Below are positions 40,816-55,954 of a stretch of DNA of 64,000 bases, piece after piece; the stretch's first letter is position 1, and each line of letters begins with the position of its first letter. A model generated the notes under the pieces. It was given only the letters and a program-made list of their open reading frames with translations. It was not told the origin of the DNA and searched no databases. Source of the stretch: the human T2T-CHM13v2.0 reference genome, Homo sapiens; assembly GCF_009914755.1 (NCBI RefSeq), contig NC_060933.1; one strand, given 5' to 3'. Both the position numbers and the translations under genes were made by a program.

Positions 40816-43800
40816 ATTAACATGTGATTTCACTCCTAATCTGGGCTTTATTCTTTAGCTGCTGAAGTGTTTATTTATTTTGACAATACTGTGATCTGAT
40901 TGGATTTATCTTTAGACCCTGTCAATACATGGAGGGTGGATTGAGTAGAAGTGAGGTTATGATAGAATGAAGCCATAGTGTTGAAACTGCTATAGTAGTC
41001 CATGAGAAAGATCAGGAGGTCTCTAAACTATGGTAATGGCATTGGTGGTGCAGAGAAAAGAATCAATTAAAAGTTGATGAAGACAAAGGGAATGCTATTT
41101 AGAACATATATTATGGGATTTGGTGAGAGATTGGATGTGGGAGGTGGAAACATTGGAGCCTATAGTTGAATCTTTGGTTTCAGAACTTGTCATGGGGAGA
41201 TTAGGAATTCAGGTTTAGACATATTGAGTGGAAATGTCTGCATGAGATCTAGTGTAGACCAGTGAGTAAACTCGTCAGTCTTAAGCTTAGATGTGAGGCT
41301 ACAGGTCTATATGAGATAATCCAGTGAGTAAGTGTGGACTGAAAACAGACTAGGTAAGAGGACTGAATTCTAAGAAACACAAGCATTCAAAGAACCAGAA
41401 TAACCATAAAAAGGACTGGATAGGAGAGCACCGTCTAGTGAAGCTGAGGGAGGAAAACATGTCCTGAAGGAGTGGATAGCCAGTCCTTCCACAGAGGAGC
41501 CAGTGCTGGGAAACCCATCTGACTTGGTCGACATAGCTAAGAGCAGGAGTTGCTTCAGAGAGGGATGGCAGGCAAATGTGGCTGGCTGGAAAATTAACAG
41601 AACGAGAAGAAATAGGGATGATAGACTCTTATACAGTTTTTCAAGAATTTTGCCTGGGGACGGAATGTGAAATTGAAGAAATGAGAGAGAGAGGTAGGGA
41701 ATAGGAATGTATGAGTAAATGAATGAATGGTAGAAAGTGGAGGATGCAAATTTGAGGAAGCGTTTTGCACAATAAGTTTTGCTTTTTATTTTAAGAAGGG
41801 AAAGATTTCGGTATTCTAGTAAGCTTGAACTAAATGGCCCAGCTGTGAGGGAGAATCTGAAGATAAAATCTTGGGAAATGATAAGAAAGCAAAGCCCCTT
41901 GGGAGAAGGAGTCTTATAGCCAAACCAGAAGCCATGGAATTCATTGTGGCCAAATGTAAAGAGCGGGGCTAGATAGACAGAAGAGAGGAGGATGGGATGG
42001 TGTGGAGATGATGCAGGATGGGCTGCTGAACAGCATAGAAGGACTGCACACTCATCCCCACCCCGATGATCTGATACTCTGCACAGCTAGTGGCATCAAA
42101 TATGTGAATGTTGTCCAGCAGCACTTGGCAGCCCAGGTCTAGGGGCAGAGAAGAAACATTGGGTGTTGGTTTAGGATCAGGTTCATGCTTGAACTGTAGA
42201 CTCAGGGCTAGACAGGACTAGAAGGAAAGCAAAGCAAGAAAAAACAGGGAGGGGTCAGGGGACTAAGGATCTGGATGAGGTCAAAGATCAAGAATATATG
42301 GAGAAAGAAACAGAAGAGAGAGGAGATTGCTGTCGGGGTTTAAGTTTTGAGATGAGCATTCTGTGACAGAGCCACTGTGGGGGACGGCATGTCCCCAAGT
42401 TGACAATAGTCCCATGAAAACTGGTGAGCAGGCTCTAGAACTATAACTTTTTTGTTTGTTGTCAGATGTTTTTGGTTCAAAAAAATTAAAGGTTTGGTCA
42501 CTTCAGAGCATATCTATGGGAGTGCTTTAGAATTTGTCCAGAACACCAAAAATAAGTGTGTGTGTCTGTCTGTTCCTTATTCTATCAAGATACTTGGAAC
42601 AACAGGGGTTCCTGCCTTGTATAAAAGGATCTCCATGGTGAAGAAATAGTTAAAGGAACCGGAGTTCAGAATTCAGTTAAAAGATTAGTAAGTGGTTATG
42701 TTATTGTTCCAAATTCTCAAATGTGAAAAATACTTTGTAAATTACTAGACTATAACAATGCTAGGAATGCTAATATACTCAGAGGGTAGGAATGATAAAT
42801 CTAGTGTCAGGTACAAGTGAAGTGACATTTTCAAATGGCCCTCTGCTTTTATCCATGTACCTAGCAGAGCCCAAGTGAAGCCCAGGAAGGGAGTGTGTCC
42901 TCTATAGAGATTTCTCTGTATCAGGACGTTTCCTCGAAAGTAGGAGATAAGTGCTGAAGCACGTGCCCATACCTCAGAGTACAGCCGGTGAATTATTTGA
43001 TGCGTTGTGTGTTCCAGGATGACTCAATCTGGGGAGCTTGGAAGTCACTGCTGGAGAGATATTGTGAAGGGTGCTGAATGATGATATTCATCAGCCGCAC
43101 TTCCTGTGTGTCCCTTGCTAGAACATGATCCTCAGTTTCATCTCCATTAGAGAGAAAATACTCTGAGTTCTGTTTTAATATAGAACAAGCTTAATGGTTC
43201 CAAGCTCTTGACAGTGCCAGAACCTTTCTAAGGCTCTTAGCTGTCCCTGGCAACTGTTAGAACAAGAACATTGCCATTCGTATGTCCAAGCTTGCATTTT
43301 CCGGGTGGTCCAAAAGCCATGTGCCGTGGGGATCTTATTTTTGGATTGTATTTGTCGTTTTTCTTGTTTTTCAGGAAATGATAGTTGCAAAAGCAAAAAT
43401 GGGCTGATTGAAGGCCTCTGTGAATATTTTTCATTACTTTCGATGGCAGCTGATGATTTTTAGGCTTCTTACCACTGTTATGCGAAACATGATTTTATGT
43501 GATGGCCTCATTGCTGAGGGTGCAGCAACAGGAATAAAACAAAGATGGCTGTCCAATGTGAGTCTTGGAAGAGCTATCCATGCCTGGAGAGTGCTACTCA
43601 CCCTGCAGTATTGGATCATTTGCCTGCATCTTGTAGAGGCTTCTGAACTTATATTTGAGAAGCTGAGACCTGCAAATATTGACCTAGTCTTCAAACCAAC
43701 ACAGCTTGCTAGTATACTATGTGAACTGTGTGTACACATACACACACTCATGTGTTTTGTATTTTTGTTTTTGTTTTTAAAGTAGAGAATGTTATTTTCT

Positions 43801-45685
43801 ATCTCACAAATAATGTTCCTTAAACACAGTTATCACCACAGGTTGATTATCTGCATATCTCTCAGAGACAACATTGTTCAGACAGAAAAAAGAAAATCTT
43901 GGACCACTTGTATGTTTTTATCCAGGCATTTTTGTAGGGCCCACTTCGTTTTGAAGGGTTGGTACTATTAGGCTGACAATTTTCATTGCCCACGGAGGGC
44001 GATGAAGAATAGTGGAGTTTTCCAGTTCATGCTATCAGGAACTGATGTGTAGAATTAGGCTTAGATAATATCCTTTGTCTTTTCCAAAGATGAGACGATA
44101 TTTTTCCTTTCTAGTAAAGATTGTATTTGTTGTCCATTTGCAGCTTAGGGGAAGGATTAAGAATTTTTATGTACCGTCCAGTTTGATGTTTGTTGCCTAT
44201 TTAGGAAGCGAGACAACGAAGCTGATATTTAGTTAGTTTCTCTTAGGGTAGATTAATAGTGTTGTCCTCACAGCGTTATCTTCATTAATGAAGAGCACTG
44301 AAGTTCATGACATTCTGAGAGGCCAGAACAGGCTCACCAGGCCTGCCACGTGTTTTCTCTTCATGCTAATTCCAGGATTACTTGTAATTCCTGGATTAAA
44401 TATATTGTTTGTCAGCTCTTCAGAGTAACCCCCAAAGTGCATGACATACTGCAATTCATCACTTGAATTGTGGGCCCTGTGAGGAGAAGGCTGTGTGGAG
44501 CTGAGTGATTCAGCCTGTGTGAATGCCTAATGAAGATCCACATCTCAACTAGTTTTGTGCTTTCTACTTGATCGCATGGACTCCTGCAAAGAGCTGCTTT
44601 ATAAATCCATCTAGGTGATATTTACAGAATTGTTAAGAAGATATCTAAAGGGGGCACAAGTATTTTTCATGTGTACTTTACACATTTACAGAGGAAATTA
44701 CATGCCACAGTGGTGTTTGCACTTGGGGGATTGGTGAAGGCCTTTGGGTGGGGTCCATTGTGTATGTGCAGAAGCAACACAGCTCTGGAGAATCAGGACA
44801 CAGTGTTTCTTAGTCTTTCTTGGGTGAAAATATGAACACTTTCACGTATAACTATATCATGTTATTGACATTTAAAAGATATGCATGCATTTTTTATAAC
44901 CTTGGAACTGTTTTAAGATAGAAGACAACATGGTGTATTTAAGTGAGCTCTGGCAAGGGATTAAAAATAACAGATTCCAACTTCTAAATGACTGACCTTG
45001 AGGGTGTCACCCAACTTCAGCGGCCTTGGCAATGTCATGTGCTAAATGAGGTAGTCTTAGTTATAACTTCAGGATCTACTTGGGGAGTGGGACTTCTAAG
45101 TTAGAATTCTCAAGCCCTATTTTAGGCTAATTTGCTAAAGGTTGCTTCACACGGGAGGTTATCAGCCTGTTTCATGCCTTGTTGTAAAACTGATTTTTTT
45201 TTTTCGCATTGAAAAGGGAGGCAGTGCAGGAGGAAGTAGGCTTGTTTATTCAGTGAACGGTCTAATTTTGGGTTCATTTCTCATTTTTTGGAGCATCTAA
45301 GAACTCCTTACGCTTTGAGCATTGGGGACATGAGATTTAAAATCATGCCCCTGTGTTCTGGTGCAGGTCTGAGATGCCCACCAGCTGGCCCAGGCTGCAT
45401 CTGCTTTAATGACAGGCAAGCCAGGCTTCCCTTTGGCTTGTAAACTACTTGCTCAGCTTCTGTGGTCATTTTCTTTCAAAAAACTATGAATGCAATGCAG
45501 GAAGCACCATCCAGATGTCTGTATGCTGCCAAAAGATGGAGTGCATAGAATGGAGATTCCTGCAAATAGGTGTGGAGCAGAGAAACGAAGAGTATGTTGT
45601 CTGTTCTCAGGTGACCCTGGAGGAAAGGACTCATTCCACTTTGGCCCTTTTTTGTTTGGCAGATTTATTCATTTCACCACACTGT

Positions 45686-46115
<430 letters not shown>

Positions 46116-47509
46116 TCACCACATTGCATTTCCCCTCACTGGAAAGGGAATGCTGTCATCAGCCAGGCAGAACAAATTTATTGGAAATAAATGTACATTT
46201 CTTGTTTCTTTTATACCTATATTCCTTATTTATTTCCTTCTTTCCTGCCTTCCTGCTTCCCTCTTGCCCTCCCTCACTCTATCCTTCTCCTTTTCTCTCT
46301 CTTTCCTACACTCCTCACTTCCCTCTTTCCCTTCTTTTCATCTTTCCTTTATAAAACTTCTGTGAGGGGGAGGGAAAACCACTTTCCTTTGAGTCCTGAT
46401 ATGAATTTCTTTACTATAATGGTAATTGAAATTTGCATCATTTCTTACTTAGTCTAATAAGAATATTACAATAATGGTTATTAAATTTATTAAAACTTCT
46501 ATAACATAAAGAAGTGTGTATGGTACACTTGTATGCATTTTTAAAAAGTGAAGTAGAAGTGAGGTCACAGTCAATGTGCAAAAGAGTTTTATCTGAGCAG
46601 AAAAAAGCCCTGGTAGTTTAACATGGGTGGGAGCCACAAGTACGTTGGGACTCACCCCACCCTATCCCACCCTTCTGAAGCTGTGTAGTTTGCGGACTAT
46701 GTAATAAAATGGGGTTAATGTGTGTAGTTTGAAGTCAGTTTCAATATAAAAGTTTTATAAAAGTCAATTTCATTACTTTATAGCACACTAAAATCATTTA
46801 GTTTTGGCATATACCCTAGCTGACTGCAGTGATTTATCCAAGAAGAAAAACAGTTTCATTTCTAAAGGAAGAAAAGGCAAAGATCATAGCCAACATCGGA
46901 AAATGGATTAGGGAAAGAAAGTAACATCCTTGGCCCCAAGCCCACCCTGGGAGGGCTGTGTAACCCCAGAAGGAGGCCAAGGCTGAATTAGTGCTGACCC
47001 AGGCTTTGGGGCATTTCCAAGCTGAGTGTTGAACTAATACAGGGAAGTTCCTGCTGTGGGCAGACCTGTGCCTGTAAAAGGTGCTGAGTGAATATTTATT
47101 GATCAAGCTGTTAATTAAATACCAAGTCCCAAACCAGCATTCAATTTATTTGAATTCCAGAGGAAGTAGTGTAGTGTCAACACAAATAAACACTCACCTA
47201 AGTAATAGCATCTAAAACTGTTACACAATTTAAACATCACCTCAAGATGAATCCCTGATTCAAGAATGAGGATATTAGTTTTTCTCTTTTATTAGGTTCC
47301 TGTTTGGTTTCTCTAAACAATGTGCCAATGAATAATTGTGACTTCCTCAAATCCTTCCTAACCAAGATCTATTCCCGTGGTTTCACGTTTTATTTTGTTT
47401 CTTTTCTTTGTATGGATAGCTAAGCCCTAATAAAACTATTGCTCAACATGGGAAATATTGGAAATATTTTATGAAATTTAGGTCATTACCATGGTGCTGT
47501 GCTACTGGA

Positions 47510-49400
47510 TTAATACATTCTTCTGCACATCTTACTGAGTTCCTTCTGTAGTCTAGGTATTGTCCTCCTCGTGAGGTGGACACAGGTAAATACCACTGAT
47601 ACAGTTCTTCCATTTAAGACACTTAAAACTTGTGGAAAAAGATCAGTGAGCAAACACATGCATGATCATAAGTGGCTATAAATGCTGTGGCAGAAATGAT
47701 AAGGGCACAGTGACAAAAATAGTGCCTCCATGGGATAATGAGGAAAGGGGCTTCTCTAAGGAGCTGGACATTAGGAAGCTGTCTTGAGAAAGATAAAAAA
47801 CACCTGAATGTGGTTATGAGTGCTTTGAGCATGTTCCATTCAGAGCAAATAGAATATTTGGAGACCTCTTAGGGGAATGTACAAGCAGCTAATGTTGGCC
47901 AGTGTGGCAATGTCATGTGAGCAGGGAACCACTGTTAACGGCTGGGAGACAGGATTTTGTTGAGTACATCGAGGGACTTATATGTGGAGAGGGGCTGGGC
48001 TATGTACATTATTGATACATATCAATAATGACTTGTGTTTTGATAACGTGTGGAGTGTGGCTTGGCAGAAAATAGGAGGAAAAATGGTGGTATTAAGGAG
48101 GCTTTTGCATTAGTTTAGGTGAACCATACAAGGTAGTAGAGATGACAAGAAATGGACCGATTGAATGTATACTTGGAATTACACGCTGTTAGATGGCTAC
48201 GGAAGATAAAGAAAAAGGAAGGATACAGAATGACTCCCAGGTTCCTGGTGTCTTTAAACGTTGGCCACATTTACTGAGATGGGAAGAGTGAAAGAGAAGC
48301 AGTCTGGGAGGAGGAGGAGGAGGGTGGAGATTTATTGGTCTATTTTGGACCAGTGGAATTTCTCATGCCTGTGAAATATCCAAATGTAGGTATAAAATTA
48401 GTGATAGCATATAAAAGTCTGAATTTCCCAGGAGAAATTTGGCCTGGAAATATAATGTGGTAGTTATCACTATACAAATGGCATTTAAAGCTACACAAAG
48501 GCATATTTAACGTTGGAGGAAAGAGAGGGCAGAGAACAAAGATGCAGAGACCCAGAGGCAAGCCCTGGACTCCTCTCCCTTATTGAGTGTTCATGGAGAA
48601 GAGGAGGAGGTTGCAAAGGAGATGGAGAACAGCTAGAAACTAAGGTGGAAAATTGGGACAGAGTAATGGCATGGAAGTCAAGAAGGGAAAGTGTTTTGAG
48701 CTTAAAGAGGGACCTGTGATATTGAGAAAATGCATATCATGATTGATAAAAGGCCCCTTGGATTTAACAAGATAAGTTATCGGTGATCTCACTGAGAAGT
48801 TTCAAAGAAAGGAGTGGTGGTCAGAGGCCACACTGGAGTAGCTGAGAAGTAAATGGGAGCTGAAGGAAGGTAAACATCAAGTAAATGCTACTTGTGTGAG
48901 AAGTTGAATTGTGAACAAAATAAGAGAAATGGAAAAAGCTGCAGACTAACGTGGGGTCCAAGGAGGACTTTAAAAAAAATGCATATTTGTATGCTGATAG
49001 AATGGGTAAAAGAGAGAAACTGTTGAGGCAGGAGAAGGGGCTAATCGGAGGAAGATGAGAGAGATGGAGAGGGGCTAGCCTTTTATGCAGGAGTTGTCTT
49101 TGGATGTAAGAGAAGAAGATGCAGCCCATTTAGGAAGTTTCATGGGTGAGAAGTCAAGGCATCCCCATCTTGGCCTTTCTGGGGTCTCAACGAAGAAAGA
49201 GATATATTTGTCACCTAACAAGGACAGGGTGGGAAGGGATGGAGGAAGGAGAGTTGAACTGAGAGAGAAGATGTAAAAGTCATATAGGAGAATAGTGAGC
49301 AAACAAGCCTGCTACACAGATAAAAGTAGTAGCATTGCTGGGCTGTGTTGAGAGCCCATTTGGGGCTTGTGAGCACGGAGTTCAAGTGAAACCAGTTTAA
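47510..49400 (-). mobile_element. Long L2
   Basis: tactgagttccttctgt…aggaggcttttgca…aatgactcccaggtt…atgcctgtgaaatatccaa…ccttggatttaaca. Confidence 0.8.
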
Positions 49401-50621
49401 TCAGTACTTTAACAAGCATGACTCATGAGATAGAATAAAAATAAAACAATTTTTTTCTCCCATTGTGCCTTTTATAGTCGCGCAGTGGGGAAAGTTTTCT
49501 CTCTGCCACAGATAGAAAATTCTGGGCTGTCCCTACGCCTCCTAGGAAATAGAGGTTCCTGAAGTTATAGTTAGCTGAAAAAAATCTAGACTCAGAAATA
49601 CAAATGTTGAGTTTCTACATTTCATCACTATTTTTCTGCATTCAAAAATAAGCCTTTCTTCCCCTACCCCACAGCTCCTGTGTGTCTGTTCTTAGTCAGA
49701 GTTTCGCTGACTAACTTTCAGGCTCATCCAGGGTTGTGCTCAGGGAGAGAGGAGAGGAAAGAGGAACAGAAGGTTTCTGCTCAACAGATACACTTGGAAA
49801 ATAGATATTTCTTTGGTCCTGGTGTATATTTAAAGCTGTATCACTTTCTCGTGAGTATTTTTGTGGTTTTTTCTAGACTTCTCTTCTAAGCCCCTCCAAT
49901 CGTAACCCCTAGGATGTAGGCATATTCTGTTTCTCTGGTTACCACTCCCTTCTCAGCTCCTAGATTTCCAGAAGCCCAGTCCACCCATATTCTCTCTGCA
50001 GGGAATCCATTGCCTTCCCAGTTGGTTTGTACAACTACAAGCCCCTGGACCCTCAAAAAAAGGCAATGGAGCTGTCTTCAGTATGGCCCATCTCTGGCAT
50101 CAAGAAACAATCATGATGCTGCCTTTGCTCTTAGGAATTACGGAGTAGTGGATTCCAGGCAGCGACCTCTCCTTGGCTCCCATATCAGAGTAGTTTATCA
50201 GCCTGTCTATCTCAAGGTTCCCCAGGCAGGGGTCAGAACCTGTATCTGTGGAACCTCCATCCAGAGGTGTGCTGTACTGAACGCTGAGTGGCCCCATAGA
50301 TGCAGCCCTCATTAGGGTTGACTCAAGAGGGCAGGTATCCCCAGATATCCTTTCCTTTGATGGTGGGTACTAGGCTCATTGTCTAGCAGTTCTCACCCCA
50401 AAAATCCTTCTTTTCTCAAAATGTATTCTCAGTCTTTTACTCTCATCCTCGTAAAGAAGGGTTTTTAAATCTCATAAAGTAATTTACACTCTTTTTGAAG
50501 ATTTATATTCTGGTTACCACTTCACATTGGGATTTCACTGCTATCGCATCTTGATACCTCAAGTCGAAAGTTTCCATTTAATATCCTTTTAACTTCTTTA
50601 ATTTTTTTAAAGCAACCATTG

Positions 50622-51071
<450 letters not shown>

Positions 51072-51089
51072 CTAAAGGGGTGATTTTGT

Positions 51090-51620
51090 TGAGGGACTTC
51101 AGAATCCCAGCTGGACAAAAAGAAGAACTGAAGACAGGCAACAACTGGTGGATAGTGAGGAAGTGTGTGGGATGAAGGCCACATGCTGTTGAAGAATTGT
51201 GGGAGTGCTTGACCAGGTGAGCTGAACAAAGAGGAAATGGTGGTTAGACTAGATTGTGTACTGATGATGACAAGGGTCCAAGTGTTACCATAGGAGAGCC
51301 TGGCAGAGGCAGAATGGAGGAAGAGGTAATGGGAGGTCAAGGAGTGAGAAGCCAAAGTGATGGATAGCTCATATTCTGTGCAAATGCAGATTAAGCTGGA
51401 AATAGATGAGAGGACTGAACCAGAAGGAAAAGTCCTCAGTGAACAAAGAGTAGTGATCACAAAGTTGGTAGAAACACCAAAGACATATAAGGTAGAGATA
51501 TAAGGTAAGGTATTTGGATGGTGTCAGACTCAGAGGAGCGGTGGTTTTTGTAAGACTGAGGCAGAAGGATGGTACAGAAGTGGAAAGGGTGAGCTAGGAG
51601 GATACCTACAAGATGCCTCT
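51090..51620 (-). mobile_element. L2 internal fragment
   Basis: Purine-rich: ggactgaaccag…aaagtcctcagtgaa. Confidence 0.5.
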
Positions 51621-53564
51621 GAGCAAAATCTTAAGATAGCATTGTGCATTAGGAGTTGTGATTCTATCTCCTTTTCTTAGAACGGATGCACAATATCAGA
51701 GAAAAAGGTACTTGTGCTAGAAAGGGTATGGACAGCAGCCAGGAAACCAGATTATTACGTATTATGTTGTCTCTACAAAAAACTGGCTCTGCGATCTGGG
51801 ATAAGTCACTTAGCCCTGAATACCAAAACCCTACATTGAAAGAGTAGCTTACAAAGCACGTTTATGATCAAGTCAAGCTATTACTTTATGAGACAAACCC
51901 ACTATGTGTTAGACATTATTTTCTCCATTTTACATTTAAAACACCAATTAAGGCCTAGAGGCACTAAGTGATTTGCCTAAGTAGTATTAGACTTGAATGT
52001 AGATTTTCTGGTTCTAAGTCATTTCTACTTAATAGTCATTCTGTCATCCTTCATTCTAGACACAGAAGTGCCCATTTAGACTCATAAAACTTATATTTTT
52101 AGAAAAAGCCTCTCATTATTTTAATGTTAGTCCCAAAATTATTTGTAACCGTAATTCTAACATATTTATTAATATTTTATGCATTTGTGAGTCAACTTTT
52201 AAAATATCAATGATTTATCTGGTGATACAATGCCAACATTTAAACCAAAAACATTTCTAGTTGTACCTTACTTATAAAGATGACTTGATATCTTGAACTG
52301 ATCATTCTTCTGGAAAAAAAGAAAACAACATTGCTCAGCTTGTTAATATTTTTGGCAGTTTGCAGCTTTGAGTGGGGGTGGACTTTGATAAGTCTAGTCT
52401 ATCAGAATTAGTAAGTGGCAGTTACTGTCTCAAGGTGGAAAACTGCTCTTTTAGTTCTGAAGATTGTAGAGAAGATACCATCAAGTCTAGTGTGTATGCT
52501 ATGTATCCCCAAATATAATATTCAGAGTAATTGTTTTACATGTAGTAATACTTTATTGTGAATGAGTATCTTTTTTTCAAGCTTGTAACACGAATAATTC
52601 TTTTTCATTGTTTTTTTCTGCCTTATATTACTCTCACTTTATAAACATTCCCAATCTTTAAGAACAGTTAACTATCCTACAGCTGACCTTACATACAAGA
52701 GTACTCAGTAGTCCTATTAAACATTTAACAAGTCTTCATGAAAATTGTATGCAGGTGGATCAGGGCAATACTTTAAAATCACTCGAGCTGAATGACACAT
52801 GTTTGCAGATTTCCATGGGCCCAGTGCATGTTGTTTGGCCAAGCTCATCTTTTTAAAGAAACTGAAATCAGGAACATAGTTTTTAAAATTAGAAAATGAC
52901 TTGCTTTCTCATTTTGTTTGTACCTCTCCCAAACCAAGGAACAAAAATTGAATCCTTTATTTTTGTCTATTTATATTTTGATTATTATTATAATTAATAG
53001 TTTAGACTTTAAAGATTATTAAACAAGAATATGTAAGCGTATCTGCATTGTTTTAAACAATTGTTTTAGCACAGTGAAGAAAAGCTATGTAACTGTGAAA
53101 ATACTAGCGTATGCTTGTCCTGGATAAACTCAGGTAAACATTTTATATGCACTTATGATGTGAGGACAAGGTTAAGATTGATGAAGAGTCTTTGTTATAT
53201 TGATAATGGCTCTGAACTGGTGGCTTAATATATTTTAAACTGCTTTTATTTGCTTATGATATGAATCACTCGTTTGGAATATTTTCCAGTGAAGTACTTT
53301 TTTAACACAAAACCAAAATGCAAATAAGCTCATTTTCAACTGTAGTTATCTTTAATGTTGAAAATTGTATTCACATTTTTTTGGACAGCAGGTTTATATA
53401 AAGGCGGAACAATAGCTTTATTTTGTCAAATAACATATAGAGGATAAGAAGTACGAAACTAAATATGTGCCCATATTAAGTTTTGAAGTAGTAGAAAATG
53501 TAAACTACAGTGGACATTTGCATCTGATTATTTCCGCTGACCTAGATAGATTAAACGACCATTT

Positions 53565-53757
53565 TTTCACTCTTGTCCCTCAGGCTAGAGTACAATGACG
53601 TGATCTCAGCTCTCACCGCAACCTCCGCCTCCTGGATTCAAGTGATTCTTCTGCCTCAGCCTCCCGAGTAGCTGGGATTACAGGTGCCAACCAGGATGCC
53701 CAGCTAGTTTGTGTATTTTTAGTAAAGACAGGGTTTCACCATGTTGGCAGGTTAGTC
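53565..53757 (-). mobile_element. AluS fragment lacking both the 5' end and the 3' terminus/tail
   Basis: tttcactcttg…gcctcagcctcccgagtagctggg…tttcaccatgttggcaggttagtc. Confidence 0.92.
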
Positions 53758-55417
53758 ATGACATTTTCAGCTTCTTAAGGACACCTTAAGACACATCCTA
53801 TGTGAGCCTCCTTCACTTGCCTCCTCTTCAAGCCTCCCCAGACCAGATGGCTCCAGCGCTGTCCATGAATCCCTCTACCACCAGCTTCTTTCTGGATGGT
53901 CTCCTGCCGTAGGCTCAAGCAAATGTTTGGCTGGTTCCTCCATTGTCCCTCTGCTCACTGTTGTGAAGGAGCCTGCAGGAGAAAGAGAAGCTGAGAAAGG
54001 GAAGAGGCAGAGGTAAGAAAGAAGAAGTAGAGAGTTTAAGGGACTAAGAAAAAATGCCTGGCCTCCAGTACCTAAAAATCCTTAAATAGCTAATATAACA
54101 TGAGAACATTATGAGAAGCAGAATAGGAAAACCCATAATTAGAAGTCAAAACGATTGTAACAAATTATAAATAAAGGTAATATGTCACAACCAGTACTGC
54201 CAGGAAGCTGGACTCTGATACAATCAATTACTTTGCAAAATATCATTAGATAAGGATTGAATAAGTGGAAAAATTAAAAGTGCATCTTTATTGCAATAGC
54301 GTTATAGAGGAACATGTGGAACGTAAGACTTGAGACAAAAAGACTTTTTATTTTGAGGATGTGGGGCAAGACATGAAACTGTGCCTTTAAGTTTGGCTAC
54401 TATTGAAGGCAATATTTGAGGTTTTTAGGGCCATTGAAACAGTGATAGGCTGGGGGACCTACAAGTATTGGAAAGATGATGGTAAGTAGGTTCAGACACT
54501 TTAAAAGCAGGTTTGTCTTGTATGATGAGTTCAGTTCTCAAGGTTAGAGTTCTGTAACATTGTAATAATATATGGAGATATTCATCTAAAATTGGCTTAA
54601 GTCATTGAAGAAGTTATCATGATAGGAAATCTTTTAGTGCCAATGAGACTAGGCTTTTTTGGATAAAAATGCCCACATGATTGACTGTGGCATACATCAC
54701 CCAAGAAAAATGTATGTCTGTTTTTAATGTTGATATTTAGCCTTTGGCTTGGTCCAAATGCTGTAGGTAATTTCAGGCTTAAACCTTTGATTGTGTAAAG
54801 CTCTGAAAATCTCAGGGCACTTAAGAGTTATATGAAAGACAGACTCACAGTCATCTGGAATTCCAATTCTAAACACAGTGCAACTGGGGCTCTTTATGAG
54901 GAACAATTTGCTGTTTTCTGCCTGCTATTCAGAGTTATGTGGACAACCTCGTCCATAAGACGTACATAATGTTTCTGGGTATTCTGTATAATTTGTAAAT
55001 GTTATTCCTGATACTAAAGTTAGCTTTTACCACCCTCCACAATACAACATTCTTGCTCTAGCTCTAAACATTATTTACTCCTCTTTTTTAGGGCTTACTA
55101 CCTTAGAAAATTCTTTGCCCCAGTTCTTGTTTCCGTAGACCTAGACCAATACGGTGGTCTTGCATTCTCTGTACTCTGGATGAGAGTGAGTAAAGATGAA
55201 ATAAAGCATCCTGAAAACTAATGGAGGTCAATTAAAATATTCACCAAGGAAAAATGTTTACTGATATTTAAGAAGGTGATGACTTCCCTCCTCCATTTCC
55301 CATTGTAGACAAGTTTCCCTACCTCCCAAACAAATTCTTTGCCATGCGAGAATCAATTTTTTGCCTTAGCTAAAACCCAAGACTCTAATCTTGGACAACT
55401 GCTTTCCATACAGATTA

Positions 55418-55780
<363 letters not shown>

Positions 55781-55954
55781 AGAGGTGGTGATGGAATTCT
55801 CTTAGCTTTTCATTAATGTTTAATTCATAGTCACCTCTGATGCTATGAAGAAAATCGATCAGTTACACCGTACAGCTCAAGCTCCCTCCCTCCCTTTCTG
55901 CTTCCTTTCCTTCCTCTCTCCCTCTCTCCCTCCCTCCCACCCTCCCATTGCTTT

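Larger units (their letters stand above)
39925..42420 (-). mobile_element. Long fragmented L2 interrupted by DNA transposons
   Basis: L2 antisense blocks at 39925-40290 and about 40900-42420 (gattggatgtggga, ttcaggtttagacatattgag, gtccagcagcacttggcagcc). Confidence 0.7.

Noticed and set aside
43175-43785. Overlapping 65-125-aa ORFs on both strands
   Set aside because: No recognisable domain; lengths compatible with chance.
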